NCBI GenBank assembly: GCA_026770705.1
Contig: JANJGN010000189.1
Span: 744,001 to 808,000 of the forward strand
Direction of reading: 5' to 3'
DNA length: 64,000 nucleotides
Origin: Isurus oxyrinchus
Taxonomy: Eukaryota
The notes below the pieces were generated by a model. It had not been told where the DNA came from. It worked only from the letters and a program-made list of their open reading frames with translations, and made no database searches. Of this stretch, positions 48,759 through 61,009 are shown piece by piece. How positions within the stretch are numbered: position 1 is the first letter of the stretch; every line of letters begins with the position of its first letter. The position numbers and the translations under genes are program-made.

Positions 48759-49180
48759 AACGGAACGATTGGAATTCACTTCCACCACCAACACCGTCCT
48801 TTGTTGATGTTGTGACTTTATAAAGACAGATTCCAATGACTGATGCCTTTGAAAGATTTCTACTGATTATTGAGATCTGGGTGTGAGGCTCAAGTCTGTT
48901 GTACAGAACATCTTTCTAGCTCAAGGGATGAGGGAAGTGCAGAGACATGAGCTTTGGGATGCCCTGAGGTGGTGAAAGGTGCTATAGAAATGCAAATCCT
49001 TCATTGTTTGTCTTTCTTAAAGCCTTGTAACTCTCTGCAGAGCACCTATCATCCCACAGAGAATCAAATTAGTCTGTGAAGACATTGTCTAAAAGCAGTT
49101 CTGATCTCTCGAAAGGTGCTGGACAAGAGGTGAGGTCTCATTAACTCCTTTCTCTTTCACAGCTTGAGAGTGAGAAGTGG

Positions 49181-49241
49181 ATGGAATATCTGGGAGTGGA
49201 CAATGATCGGGAAATCTACTTCCTCTTGTCACTTCTCCAAG
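49181..49241 (+). pseudogene. Gene C leader exon; 1-nt deletion after the ancestral ATG (49203), in-frame upstream ATG at 49181
   Basis: tcttac>tctac relative to gene A; MEYLGVDNDREIYFLLSLLQ. Confidence 0.75.
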
Positions 49242-49944
49242 GTAATATCATCGTCAGCTTGGACAGATTTATAGTTAACAGTCTTTGTAAAAGATCATTC
49301 TTATCTCTTTATCTCTGTAACCTCCTGCAACGCAACCAATCAACTTCCCAGATCTCTGTGTTACTCCAATTCTGGCCTCTTGACCATCCCCCAATTCCCA
49401 TCACTCCAATACTGGCGGCCGTGCCTACAGCTGCCTGGGACCTGAGCTCTGGAATTCACTCCCTAAACCTCGGCGATGGAGGAGATCAGAGGGTTTCATT
49501 TTACTGAGAATCACCACGACCACATCACAGCTGCAGTGAGAATAGACAGAGAGTCCAGCCCTCACACTTCCTGCACAGTTTCACCATAGCAACCACAATA
49601 TGGAAATTTAAAAATACTGAAAGTTAAACTGAAGCTCAGCCCATTCAGTGTTGAGAGATGAGATATTTACACAGTTTCCCTGTGTATCTTGTAGACACTG
49701 TGTTGGATGGAAGACTGGCTTCACTAAACAGGGTCCTGAGGACCATGAGCCAATGTAGAATGAACTTGTCCACTCCTGAGTCCAGGATTCTCTTCTATCT
49801 GTTGTGAAACCTTGGGGAGTTCCTTGTGTGTCCTGTAGATGGTCCACACTGCAGCCACTGTGCCCCAGTGATGGAGGGGGTGGATATCGAGTCTAGTGGA
49901 TCTACAAACCATCCAGAGTCAAATATTGATATTTCTCTCCCCAG

Positions 49945-50318
49945 TTGGACAGTCACAAGAGTGGAAAGGTGACACTCCACGAGAGGTGACAGCACAGGAA
50001 GGTTCATGTGTACAGATTCCATGTCATTACAGTTACTTATCAAATTTCGTAGGGAGATCACGTGCAGAATCTGGTTGAAAGGAATAGATGGGAACCCACA
50101 GCCTAAATGGTCTATAGCCTTTCACTCCGAGGGTCACAATCACAGGGATCAAAGATTCCGCCATCGTACCCAGCTGTCTGGAGACCTGAAAGATGGCGAC
50201 TGTTCCCTGATTATAAACAACATCAGACGGGAAGATGCAGGACCTTATTTTTTCAGAATAGAGTTTGACAGCAGGAATTGTTACAGCTACTATCCTGTAA
50301 CCCAGCTTCACGTTTCTG
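49945..50318 (+). pseudogene. Gene C V-set exon with 1-nt frameshift near 50067
   Basis: 374 nt; paralog of 10894-11259; YFFR arginine retained. Confidence 0.9.
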
Positions 50319-50841
50319 GTAAGTACTGTGTTATAATTACTCAACAATTCACATCCAACACTCAATGGGAAATAACACAAACTGTGATGTTTACATAATA
50401 ACACAAAACACAGCTTATTATAACACACTGTCTGATTCTCAATAACCTGGTGATAGCTTCCAGTTCAGTCCCAAAGCAACCTCTAAAAATCACTTTAATA
50501 TCAATGATGAAAAGCATTAACTGTACCGACATCTTTCATTCTACATCAGCACTCCCTCAGCGCAGACCCTCTGACAGTGCAGCCCGTTCTCAGTATCCAC
50601 ATTCTCAGGCCACTCAAAGTGCTTCACAGTCGATAGAAGTTAATTGATCTTTATATGATTATTGCTGAATGAAGAGACAAGCTGTCTAAACTTCTCATAT
50701 CGCAAACAGCATTCTCCATGGCAACACCTCCACCTATCAGAGACCACTTGCCAACCAATCAGCACTGTCTTTCCATGAAGTATAAATTGTTGTTCACTTT
50801 CTGTTGGTAATCGTGCGAACGGGGTTCTTGATTCCTGCCAT

Positions 50842-50994
50842 GACATCTGAATGTCCAAATGAACAGAACAAGTTCCAACAATGAGCTGTGGTTGCTGATT
50901 CCTCACGTTACATCCAGGGACACTGGCGACTATCAGTGTGTGGCAGAGAATGAACATGGAGCAGTGGAGGGGTTCATAACCATCACTGTGGAAT
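50842..50994 (+). pseudogene. Gene C 3' half of a C2 repeat exon
   Basis: MNRTSSNNELWLLIPHVTSRDTGDYQC..ITVE|gtgagt; 5' half replaced by unrelated sequence; domain-2 exon absent. Confidence 0.85.
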
Positions 50995-52657
50995 GTGAGT
51001 GTACACAGACTTCAACATCTCTCTCAGATTCGAATACTACACAAACACCCTCAAACGTACAGACCTAAATAGACACGTGCAGACACACATATATGACCAC
51101 ACACAAAGACACACTCACAAACAAACACACTAGCACAAGACTCCCTCATGGGTTACCTGACCTCCCTCAGTACTGCACTGGAGCGTGGGCTGAATTCTGG
51201 GATTTGTGTTCCCATTCATATTTATAGAAGAATATGGAAATTACTCATACAAACACTCAGATGCATAGAGGCACTCATAGATACTCTCTGCTTCTCCAAC
51301 TCTCTCTCTCCCTTTAAGGAGCTACCTGAAACCTAACCCGTTGACGAAGAACTAGTCCCAACTCCTCTTTATCTGATTCTGTGATTTTTTTGTGAATCTG
51401 AGAGTAAGAGAGAGTTGGAGAGGTTTAGTAAGAGAATTCCTGCTGATGAAAAGCTTACATCCTGTTCTCACTATTTCCGTGCCCATTATGTCCAAAGCCC
51501 CTGTTTATAGTGATGACTGCCTATGTAAACGTCACGCTGTAGTTACAGTCTCCCACCAGTGGTGGCATTGTAGCACTTAATCCTTGTGTTTCCCAGCTTT
51601 TCAAGCAAATCTACTTCCCAGTTTGCTACACAAGCTGTGAGTTCATCGGAATTCAATTATTTCTCAAACGGTAGATTTGATAATTCATTTTATTGAAAAC
51701 TTCCTCAGTGCCTCCCTGAAGGGTTCACACTCTCTGGGAAGCAGGAATAGGCTGGATGTTGGGGAGTTCATCTTTTCCCAGAGAGTAGGGATCCTCGGGA
51801 ATGTGCTGTCAGTGGGTGTGGTGGTTGCTGTCTCTCTGTCACCTTCAAGAGGGATCTGGAGTGGTTACTGACTGGGGGAGAGATCATGGAAGCGGAGAAT
51901 GATACAGCACAGGAGGAGGCCATTCAGCCCATTGAGACTGTGCCAGGTCTTTCAATGTTCTATCCAATCAGATCCACTAACCACCACTCCACTTTGCCCC
52001 CATCTTCCTCCTTCAAGTGTTTATCCAATTTCCCTTTTGAAAGTTCCTATTGAATCTGCTTCCGCTGCCCTTTCAGGCAGCACCTTCCAGATCACAACAA
52101 CTCGCTCTGTCAAAACAAATTCTCCTCATCTCCCCCTCCGGTTCGTCAATCTGTGTCCCTCTGGTTACCGACCCTCCTGCCCCTTAAATACATCGATACT
52201 GTTCACATCAACCACTCCCTGTGGGATCGAGTTCCACATTCTCCCCTCTCTCTGGGTAAAGATTGGAACTGTTTATTAAGCGGGGGGTGTAAGTCCGTGG
52301 GGGAGTTCATCTCGATCCTCCCTGATTCGCACACACGTCCGAGATGGATTTCAACCCTGCACTAAACGTTTCCAGAATTTTCTACAGCACAATCCTGTAC
52401 ACATTGATGGAGAGAAACATTGGACAGGGAGTCCAACAGCACAATGATCCATTCTCACCAATGTTCCACGCTAAGGGGAAAGTTCCGATTGTCCACTCTT
52501 AGAGTGTTTACAATGAAAACATTCATTCCACATTGAATCCCAGTGGATGGGTCAATATTACAGCAAATGTTGCAGTGATATGAAGCTTGATTGTTCAGCC
52601 AGAGTGAGAGATTGAAAGCGGAGAGTCAGTGATGATTTCTTTCTGTGTGTTCTCTAG

Positions 52658-52796
52658 ACAGTGGAGGAGAGATTCTGCACGTGATCCTGATCCTGGGAAT
52701 ACGAGCTGTGATATTCCTTTGGCTGTGGTTATCACTATCGCTGGAGTCTGTGTCTGGGAGAGACAAACAGTGAAAGGAAGTCGACAGACTGTTTGA
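52658..52796 (+). pseudogene. Gene C TM exon with intramembrane Arg and short tail (activating type)
   Basis: ttctctag|, phase 1: SGGEILHVILILGIRAVIFL then WLWLSLSLESVSGRDKQ* as read, or LAVVITIAGVCVWERQTVKGSRQTV* with one T restored. Confidence 0.7.
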
Positions 52797-52924
52797 AGCT
52801 TTGTACAGCAACAATCTGGTCAGTCAGTGCGGACAAATAACGTGTGATGTTGGGTTAAGTGTAATGAAACAGGTCAGTGTCCTGGTTAGAATCACCTTCG
52901 TATCAGAGAGGCATTCCAGGACAG

Positions 52925-53500
52925 TGGGAGACCATTCAGCCCATTGAGTCCATGTTGTCTCTCTGTAGAGCAATCCACTCAGTCCCATTCCCCCGCTCTA
53001 TCCCCGTATCCCTGCAAGTTTATTTCCCCTCAAGTGTCCATCCAATTTCTTTTTGAAATTGTTCATCGTCTCCGCTTCCACCATCCTCGTAGGCAGCGAG
53101 TTCCAGCTCATTACCACTCGCTGTGTAAAAAAGTTCCTCCTCACATCCCCCCTCTGCCCAAAATCTTCAATCTGTGTCCCCCAGTCCTTGTACCATCAGC
53201 TAATGGCAACAGCTTCTCTTTGTCTACCTGATCTAAACCCATCATCATCTTGTACACCTCGATCAGATCCCCCCTCAATCTCCTTTGCTCCAAGGAGTAC
53301 AACCCCAGCTTCTCCAACCCAACCTTGTAGCTAAAATCCCTCATCCCTGGACCCATTCTGCTCAATCTCCTCCCCACCCTCTCAAGGACCCTCACTTCCT
53401 TCCCAAAATGAGGAGACCAGAACTGGACACAATGCTCTAGCTGTGACCTAACCAGAGCTTTATAAATGTTCAGCATAACCTCCCTGTGTTTGTACTCAAT
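52925..53500 (-). mobile_element. CR1 LINE 3' fragment
   Basis: YKALVRSQLEHCVQFWSP..RRLRGDLIEVYK. Confidence 0.9.
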
Positions 53501-54220
53501 CCTTCGATTTATGAAAAGCTTATTCTTTCCATCAGCACAAACAGCAATTTCCAAGCGGACTCCCATCAGCAGACAGAGTGCAATGAAACATCGGCATGCC
53601 TGCTTCTTAATGTACGGAGAGAAACCTGGAACAAGAGATTCTCCTTCTTCTCCTCAGCAAGCTGAAACTTCTCCTTATACCTGGTGCTCCCCAGTCCTGC
53701 TGTGTGGACACATCATAACCACGGCATTGTCTGGCTGTGTGCAGCCAACATGGTCGAATAGGAATGAACAGAAATGTGCCGTTGCTAAACTCTGTTCTCT
53801 GATTGGAATGTGCTTTCTGAATGCTGCACCTTTTTCATGCTGCGATAGATTGTAAGAAGCATTTGGCTTATGAATAAAATTACATTGATTAACACAAGTG
53901 ATTAAAATGTTCAGGCTGTTCTGTAGATATTTAAAGATTAAAATTCTTGTTTTGCTGCAAAATTCTTGGCTCAAAGACATTACTTCATGTTGTCACATTT
54001 TCCAATCAGATGAATTCCTCTGTCCATCTTTATAATAGAAATTTCCAATGTAAACATGTCACATTGTAGCTGCACAAACTTGCCAGTGGCTGGTGTGATA
54101 TCAAAGCAGTCAGCTGTCGAGAAACAGCGAGAAATATTCCTGTTGTGTGCATGAACTTCATGTTAGCATGAGACACAGGCATCAGATGCAATTTTGTGCA
54201 ATTTGTACAATGTTCTTTAG

Positions 54221-54805
54221 ACAGCGCAGCACTCCCTCAGTACTGACCCTCCAACAGCGCAGCACTCCCTCAGATTAGACCCTCCTACAGTGCAGCAGTC
54301 CTTCAGATCAGACCCTCCGACAATGCAGCACTCCCTCAGTTCAAACCCTCCGACAGTGCAGCACTCCCTCAGTTCAGACCCTCCGACTGTGCAGCACTCC
54401 CTCAGTCCAAACCCTCAGACAGTGCAGCACTCCCTCAGTTCAGAACCTCCGACAGTGCAGCACTCTCTCAGTTCAGACCCTCCATCAGTGCAGCACTCCC
54501 TCATTTCAGACCCTCCAACAGTGCAGCACTCCCTCAGTTCAGACCCTCCGACAGTGCAGCACTCCTTCAGTTCAAACCCTCCGACAGTGCAGCACTCCCT
54601 CAGTTCAAACCCTCCGACAGTGCAGCACTCCCTCATTTCAGAGCCTCCGACAGTGCAGCACTCCCTCAGTTCAGAGCCTCCGACAGTGCAGCACTCCCTC
54701 AGTTCAGACCCTCCGACAGTGCAGCACTCCCTCAGTTCAGACCCTCTGACAGTGCAGCACTCCCTCAGGACTGAACCTCCGACAGTGCCGCACTACCTCA
54801 GTACT
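54221..54805. repeat. 33-bp minisatellite variant (ttcagaccc)
   Basis: Locally homogenised variant of the same unit. Confidence 0.95.
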
Positions 54806-56299
54806 TCTCTGCCGATGCTGCCAGACCTGCTGAGTTTTTCCAGGTATTTCTGTTTCTGTTTCTGTTTTGGCTTTCCAGCATCTGCAGTTTTTTTGCTTTT
54901 AGTGCTGGGCAGTTCCTCAGCAAGGATTTGGGCCACAAAACATTGCGAGTGCTGTGGGTCTGCGCCACGATTTAGAGAGCTGTGCTTGGCATGCCTATTC
55001 TAGTCCCAGTCCAGTGTGGTGGGGACAGCCTGGCAGTCCTGGGTTGGTGGTGCCCAGCATGGTGTGCAGGACGTGGTCAGTCCCTCACACACGTCCATCC
55101 TGGGGGTGGGTGGCTTGATACTAGGCCGCAGGTGGCACAATCCCAGTCAGGGGAGGCATCTGCAGCCGGTCAATGGGGAGCAGGTAATATAGAGAGTAGG
55201 GGTGGGGGTGGGAATCGAGGGGGGCCGGTGGTCTCTGTAAGTCACAGTACAATGGGCCTCTAGTTGGAGAGAGGTCAGGTCTACATGGGGCATTGGGATG
55301 TCAACATCATACTGTCTAGGGAGGAGGACTGGGATGTCAACCCCGAACACAATAAGATCAAGGATTAGAGAGGAAGGGAGGAGACTGATTGGAAGGAGGG
55401 GAATGTGCACATTATGCTCCTCCAGCACGATGGGAGGGACTGTGATGGTTACGGGGGTGGGGGGGGTGAAGTGGGAGGGGATAGAAGCTTACCTGGTGGT
55501 ATTGCCTCAGCCTCACCCTTTTTCAAGCTGATCCAATGTCGCAGTTGAAGAATAAGCTACAAAACAAATTGGCAGGGGAGGTCTCCCAGGGCCTGTGGGA
55601 GACATCACCCACTGCATCTTCGGCCTGTTTGAAGGGGCACCCGAACAATTCCGGCTTTTCCAAATGATGAGGAAGACACAGCTGCACCCCGAGTCCCCTA
55701 CTGGGGATCCAGAAGGTTGCAATAGCGCTGCGAGGGACTCATGGGCTCCACAGTGACTCCCTAATTAGCGACTGGAAGGTTTATGTTCATTTATCTTTAT
55801 TATCCGTTCATATTGAGCAATGGAGCTCCTGATTTGTCACCTTTCTGTACCTCGTCCAATGCTTCTGTTATCAGGACTTCCACATCGATGTGAAAGAGCC
55901 ATGATGATAGCAGACAGTCGCACAATGGGAATAGCACTAGGCCAGTGATCCAGAGGCCCAGGTGAATGCTTTGAAGGCACGGGTTCAAATCCCACCACGG
56001 CAGCTGGAGGAATTTCAATTCGATTAATCAATAAATTTAATTGATTGATACATTTTTTTCTTATTCATTTCAGGGATGTTGGTGTCGCTGACTAGGCCAG
56101 TATTTGTTGCCCATCCCCAATTGCCTTTGAGAACATCTGGATATCTGAGTTAGGATCAGGAGTAGGTCACTCAGTCCCTCGAACCTGCTCCGCCATTCAG
56201 TAAGATCATGGCTGATCTGATTGTCACCTCAACCTCACATTCCTGCCTAACCCCAATGACCTTTCACCCCCTTGTTAATCAAGAATCTATCTAGCTCTG

Positions 56300-58260
56300 T
56301 GGAAGGGGAGCCAATCAATCGGGCTGCTTTGTCCTGGATGGTGTCGAGCTTCTTGAGTGTTGTTGGAGCTGCACTCATCCAGGCATGTGGAGAGTATTCC
56401 ATCACACTCCTGACTTGTGCGTTGTAGATGGTGGACAGGCTTTGGGGAGTCAGGAGGTGAGTTACTGTCTGCAGGGTTCCCAGCCTCTGACCTGCTCTTG
56501 CAGCCACAGTGTTTATATGGCTGGTCCAGTTCAGTTTCTGCTCAATGGTAACTCCCAGGATGTTGATATTGGGGGATTCATTGATGGTAATGCCATTGAA
56601 TGTCAAGGGGCTATGGTTATGAATGGTCTGTGGAATACTCTGGTACAAAATTTCAACACTCGGACTCCAGATGCAATATTCAAGTGGTTCCTTTATTAGG
56701 CATGTGGGGAGCAAACGCTGGGCAGTCCAGGTGCTTCTCCATCGAGGTTCAAATGAGCACAGTTTATATATTTTTACTCTCAGTTACAAGGTAATGGTAT
56801 TAGTTAGACAAAGGCCACAGCACAATGACCCTCCGGTGGGCTGATAATTGTGTTCTTGTACAGTAATTACAGGGCAGAGACTGGCTATTGTCCTTTTGAG
56901 ACAGCAAAGAATCTATGTTTGTTCGATACAAAAGGTTTCTGGGGGCTGACTGGATGTGGTTCAAGGCCATCGGACGGTGTGAAATAAACTTCCCCATTTC
57001 TTGATTAAGTCACCCAGTGTCCTTGTGTGTGTGTCTCCCATTTCCTCATTGCAAATTTCCAACTGAGCCCTTAGTACAGGTTTTTAAGTTTTCACGTAAG
57101 GATGTGTACGCTTTGGCGCCCTAGCTGCTGGTCCTGGCTGGCTCTTGAACATAAATCCAAATTTTCTGCACCTTCAATTAGATTCTCTCTTGTTGGAGCT
57201 GGTCATTGCCTGGTACTTGTGTGGCATGAATGTTACTTGTCACCTGTCAGCCCAAGCCTGGATGTTGTCCAGGTCTTGCTGCATTTGGACATAACTTGCT
57301 TCAGTATCTGAGGAGCTGTGAATGGTGCTGAACATTGTGCAAATATCAGCAAACATCCCCACTTCTGACCTTATGATGGAAGGAAGGTCATTGATGAAGC
57401 AGTTGAAGATGTTTGAGCCTAGGACACTACCCTGAGTAACTCCTGCAGTGATGTCCTGGAACTGAGATGATTGACCCCCAATAATCACAACCATCGTCCT
57501 TTGTGCTGGGTATGACTCCAAGCAGCGGAGAGTTTTCCCCCGATTCCCATTGACTCCAGTTTTGCTCGGGCTCCTTGATTTGCCACACTCAGTCAAATGC
57601 TGCCTTGATGTCAAGGGCAGTCCCTCTCACCTCTGGAGTTCAGCTCATTTGTGCATGTTTGAACCAAGGCTGTAATGAGGCCAGGAGCTGAATGATCCTG
57701 GTGGAACACAAACTGAGCGTCAGTGAGCAGGTTCTTGGTAAGCAGGTGCTGCTTGCAAGCGCTGTTGATGACCCCTTCCATCACTTTAATAATGATCAAG
57801 AATAGACTGCTGGGGAATTGGCTGGGTTGGATTTGTCCTGCTTTTTGTGTACAGGACGTACCCCATAGCCGGGTAGTTGCCAGTGTTGCAGCTGTACTAG
57901 AAAATTCCAGAAAAGCTTGGCTAGGGGCGCAGCAAGTTCTGGAGCACAAGTCTTCAGTACTATTGCCAGAATATTGTCAGGGCCTGGAGCCTTTGCAATA
58001 TCCAGTGCCTTCAGCCCTTTCTTGATGTCACGTGGAATTAATCGAATTGGCTAAAGATTGGCATCTCTGATGCTGGGGACCTCAGGAGGAGGCCGAGATG
58101 GATCACCCACTCAGCACTTCTGGCTGAAGATTGTTGCGCATGCTTCAGTCTTGTCTTTTGCACCGATGTGCTGGGCTCCTCCATCATTGAGGATGGGGAT
58201 ATTTGTGGAGCCTCCTCCTCCAGTGAGTTGTTTAATTGTCCACGACTGGATGTGACATCT
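56300..58260 (-). mobile_element. CR1-type LINE RT region, interrupted by an LTR
   Basis: AGVTQGSVLG..FINDLPS..MFAD; VRSVMEYSP..KLDTIQDKAARLI. Confidence 0.92.
56620..57176 (-). mobile_element. Solo LTR, ERV1-like termini
   Basis: TGAA...TTCA ends, 4-bp flanks gtta/atta, TATA and AATAAA on minus strand; splits the LINE. Confidence 0.7.
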
Positions 58261-59893
58261 GGAATGCCAAGCTAGTCTCAGTAATGGTGACCATGAAACT
58301 AAGGCCAATTGTTGCAAAACCCCATCTGGGTCACTAATGCCCTTTGGGGAAGGAAACCTGCCGTCCTTACCCATTCTGGCCTACGTGTGACTCCTGACCC
58401 ACAGCAATGTGGTTGACTCTTAACTGGCCCCTGAAATGGCCGAGCAAGCCACTGAGTTATATCAAAACCCGCCACAGACCAGTCAAACCAGGTGAACTGC
58501 AGCACTTCGAAAAGGCAGCTCAGCACCCCCTTCTCAAGGGGTCAGTCAGGAACAGGTAACAAACGCTGTCCACATCCCGTGAAAGAATTTTGGTAAAAAG
58601 GTAGCCGTGTATCACCACCCACGGCCAGCGCCAACCCCCCCACCCCTACCTGATTGCACCAGTTTCAGATTACACCAGGTCAATGAACGGATAGAAACCC
58701 AAACCAATGAGATGAGCACAGAGAAGGATCAAGCCAGAGAGAGTTGGTGGGAAGAATTGGGAAAGCAACAAAAAAGGCAGAGCGGACACTAACACTATAA
58801 CAAAGTAAAGACCAGAGGAGGAAGGAAGCAAGTGCGAAGAGGAATTGAGAGCAGAGCTGGTAGGCTGCTTGTCGATGCCAAGGAACCTCCATAGGTCACA
58901 CCCACAGTGCTGTTGGGGAGGGTGATACATGATTTTGACCCAGGATCATCAAGTGTTGCACTGGCAGAGCCTTTAAAGTAAAGGGACCTTCACTACCCGT
59001 GTCCCCTGCCCAACAAAGCTGTTGACATGCCGAGTCCAACTGTACAGGCAACCTCCAGACAGTTGACTACAAAGGCCATTGCAGCTGCTGAATATGACTT
59101 CCAGTTTCAAAACCTTCATGAATACAAGGATGGGGGATTCAGCAGGAATATTCCTGCACATCCTGTGGCAGATCCTGTAAATAAAAGGGACCTTCACTCA
59201 CTCCTCAAAGCTGCTGACCTGCTGATTCACATCTACAGGCAACCTCCAAACAGTCGACTAGAGAAGACAATGCAGCTGCTGAATGTGACTCCTAGTTTCA
59301 AACCCTTCACTCTGGAAAGAAGGAATCCAGAGCAATGGGCCTCACTATGATACTTGACAGAAACTGATTTTAACTCTCATCTCTAAGTATTATTTTTCCT
59401 TTGCTTACATTTTAATCCTTGCACCTGATGGCTTTATCGCTTCAACTTAAATAACTTTCAGCAGGAGCCAGGTTCAAATTGAATGGACAAGCAGGCTTGG
59501 GGGGCCAAAAGGCCTACTCCTGCTTCTGTTCATTTTTATTTGTGTTGTTATGTAGTGGAACTAGAGAGGTTATAGCAGTTATGAGAACATTAAGCAAACA
59601 GCAGCAAGAATTGAACACCTATGTTGTGGTTTATGAAAAGGTTTTCAACCTGGTCAACTGGTAAAATCTGTTGAAAGTGGGCTATCATGGCGTGTGCCCT
59701 TTGTGAGATATTTGTAACAACGTTCTCGATGCCGGAACAGCTTGCATTGAACAAAGCTGATCTTTACCCAGAACTTCAGAGGAAGGGGGGACAATTGTTC
59801 CCTGGTGTGGGGGGGGCATGGTGGGGGGGGAGGGTGAGGGGGAGACAAGTAGCCTGAAATACCAAGCCAGACACTTTGTGAAGACAAAAGTTG

Positions 59894-59899
59894 TTTATT
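59894..59899 (-). terminator. Candidate HAMP polyadenylation signal
   Basis: AATAAA on minus strand ~0.9 kb past the stop. Confidence 0.35.
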
Positions 59900-60099
59900 C
59901 ATTTTTTTTTACAAAGCACAATATTTACAATTAAAGTCCCGACAAGATGATGGTGAATCATGAACACATTGTCGGGGTGAATCTGTGCCCGGGAGCATAA
60001 AGCAGCAAAATCAGGAGCCCGCTTTACATCTCTCTGTATTTTAATTATCATTAACCCCAGTAACATCCATTCAAATGACTTAGTCATAAGATTCCTCAC

Positions 60100-60437
60100 A
60101 CATTCACTTGCACACTCACACACCCACACCCACACAGACACACTGACACACTCACTCATTCACATTGACACACACTGACACAGTCACACACACCCACACA
60201 GACACACTGACACACTCACTCATTCACATTGACACACACTGACAGTCACACACACCCACACAGACACACTGACACACTCACTCATTCACATTGACACACA
60301 CTGACAGTCACACACACCCACACAGATACACTGACACACTCACTCATTCACATTGACACACACTGACACAGTCACACACACCCACACAGACACACTGACA
60401 CACTCACTCATTCACATTGACACACACATATTGACAG

Positions 60438-60470
<33 letters not shown>
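60100..60470. repeat. CA-rich ~60-bp tandem repeat
   Basis: cacccacacagacacactgacacactcactcattcacattgacacacactgacagt units. Confidence 0.9.
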
Positions 60471-60472
<2 letters not shown>

Positions 60473-60800
60473 CATAAAGACAGACACAAACACAGTCACG
60501 TGAGGTGAATAGTGTCGATGTATTTAAGGGGAAGCTGGATAAACACACGAGGGAGAAATGAATAGAAGGATATGGTGATGGGGTGAGATGGAGAAGGGGT
60601 GGGCGGAGACTCGTGTGGAGCAGAAACTCCAGCATGGAGCAGATGGGCCAAATGGCTTCTTTCCCTGCTGTAAAACGCAGGTAAAGTTTCAGTTGGAATT
60701 AATGAACAGGGCCTGTGTGAAATAGATTGCTAAGCAGTAGATAAGGAGGGGAGAGGCTGTGGCATGGTGCAGGATGACCTTGCGTGAATGAGGCCAGGGT

Positions 60801-60917
60801 CTAAAACATGCAGCAGATACCACAAGTCTCATTTGGTTCTCTCCAATTACAGCAGTTACAGCAGAATCTGCAGTGCCGCTGTCTGCTCATTCTCTTCTGG
60901 CGCTGCAGCAAGGAGCC
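60801..60917 (-). CDS. HAMP: Hepcidin exon 3: GSLLQRQKR|MSRQRHCRFCCNCCNWREPNETCGICCMF*
   Basis: cttttccag| acceptor, furin site RQKR, hepcidin pattern C-x2-CC-x-CC-xn-C-G-x-CC-x-F then stop. Confidence 0.95.
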   Translation of the reverse strand, partial: GSLLQRQKRMSRQRHCRFCCNCCNWREPNETCGICCMF

Positions 60918-61009
60918 CTGGAAAAGCAGGGGCACAATAGGTGAGAACATTCCGGAAAGAAAGAAGGCATCATTTCAATCAGGCGCGTCATTGGAAGGAG
61001 GATGGCGCA

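Noticed and set aside
54900-55900. GC-richer block possibly from a DNA transposon
   Set aside because: No recognisable transposase motif or termini by eye; left unannotated
57115-57122. tggcgccc as tRNA-Lys primer-binding site
   Set aside because: Only 8 nt match and it lies inside the LTR
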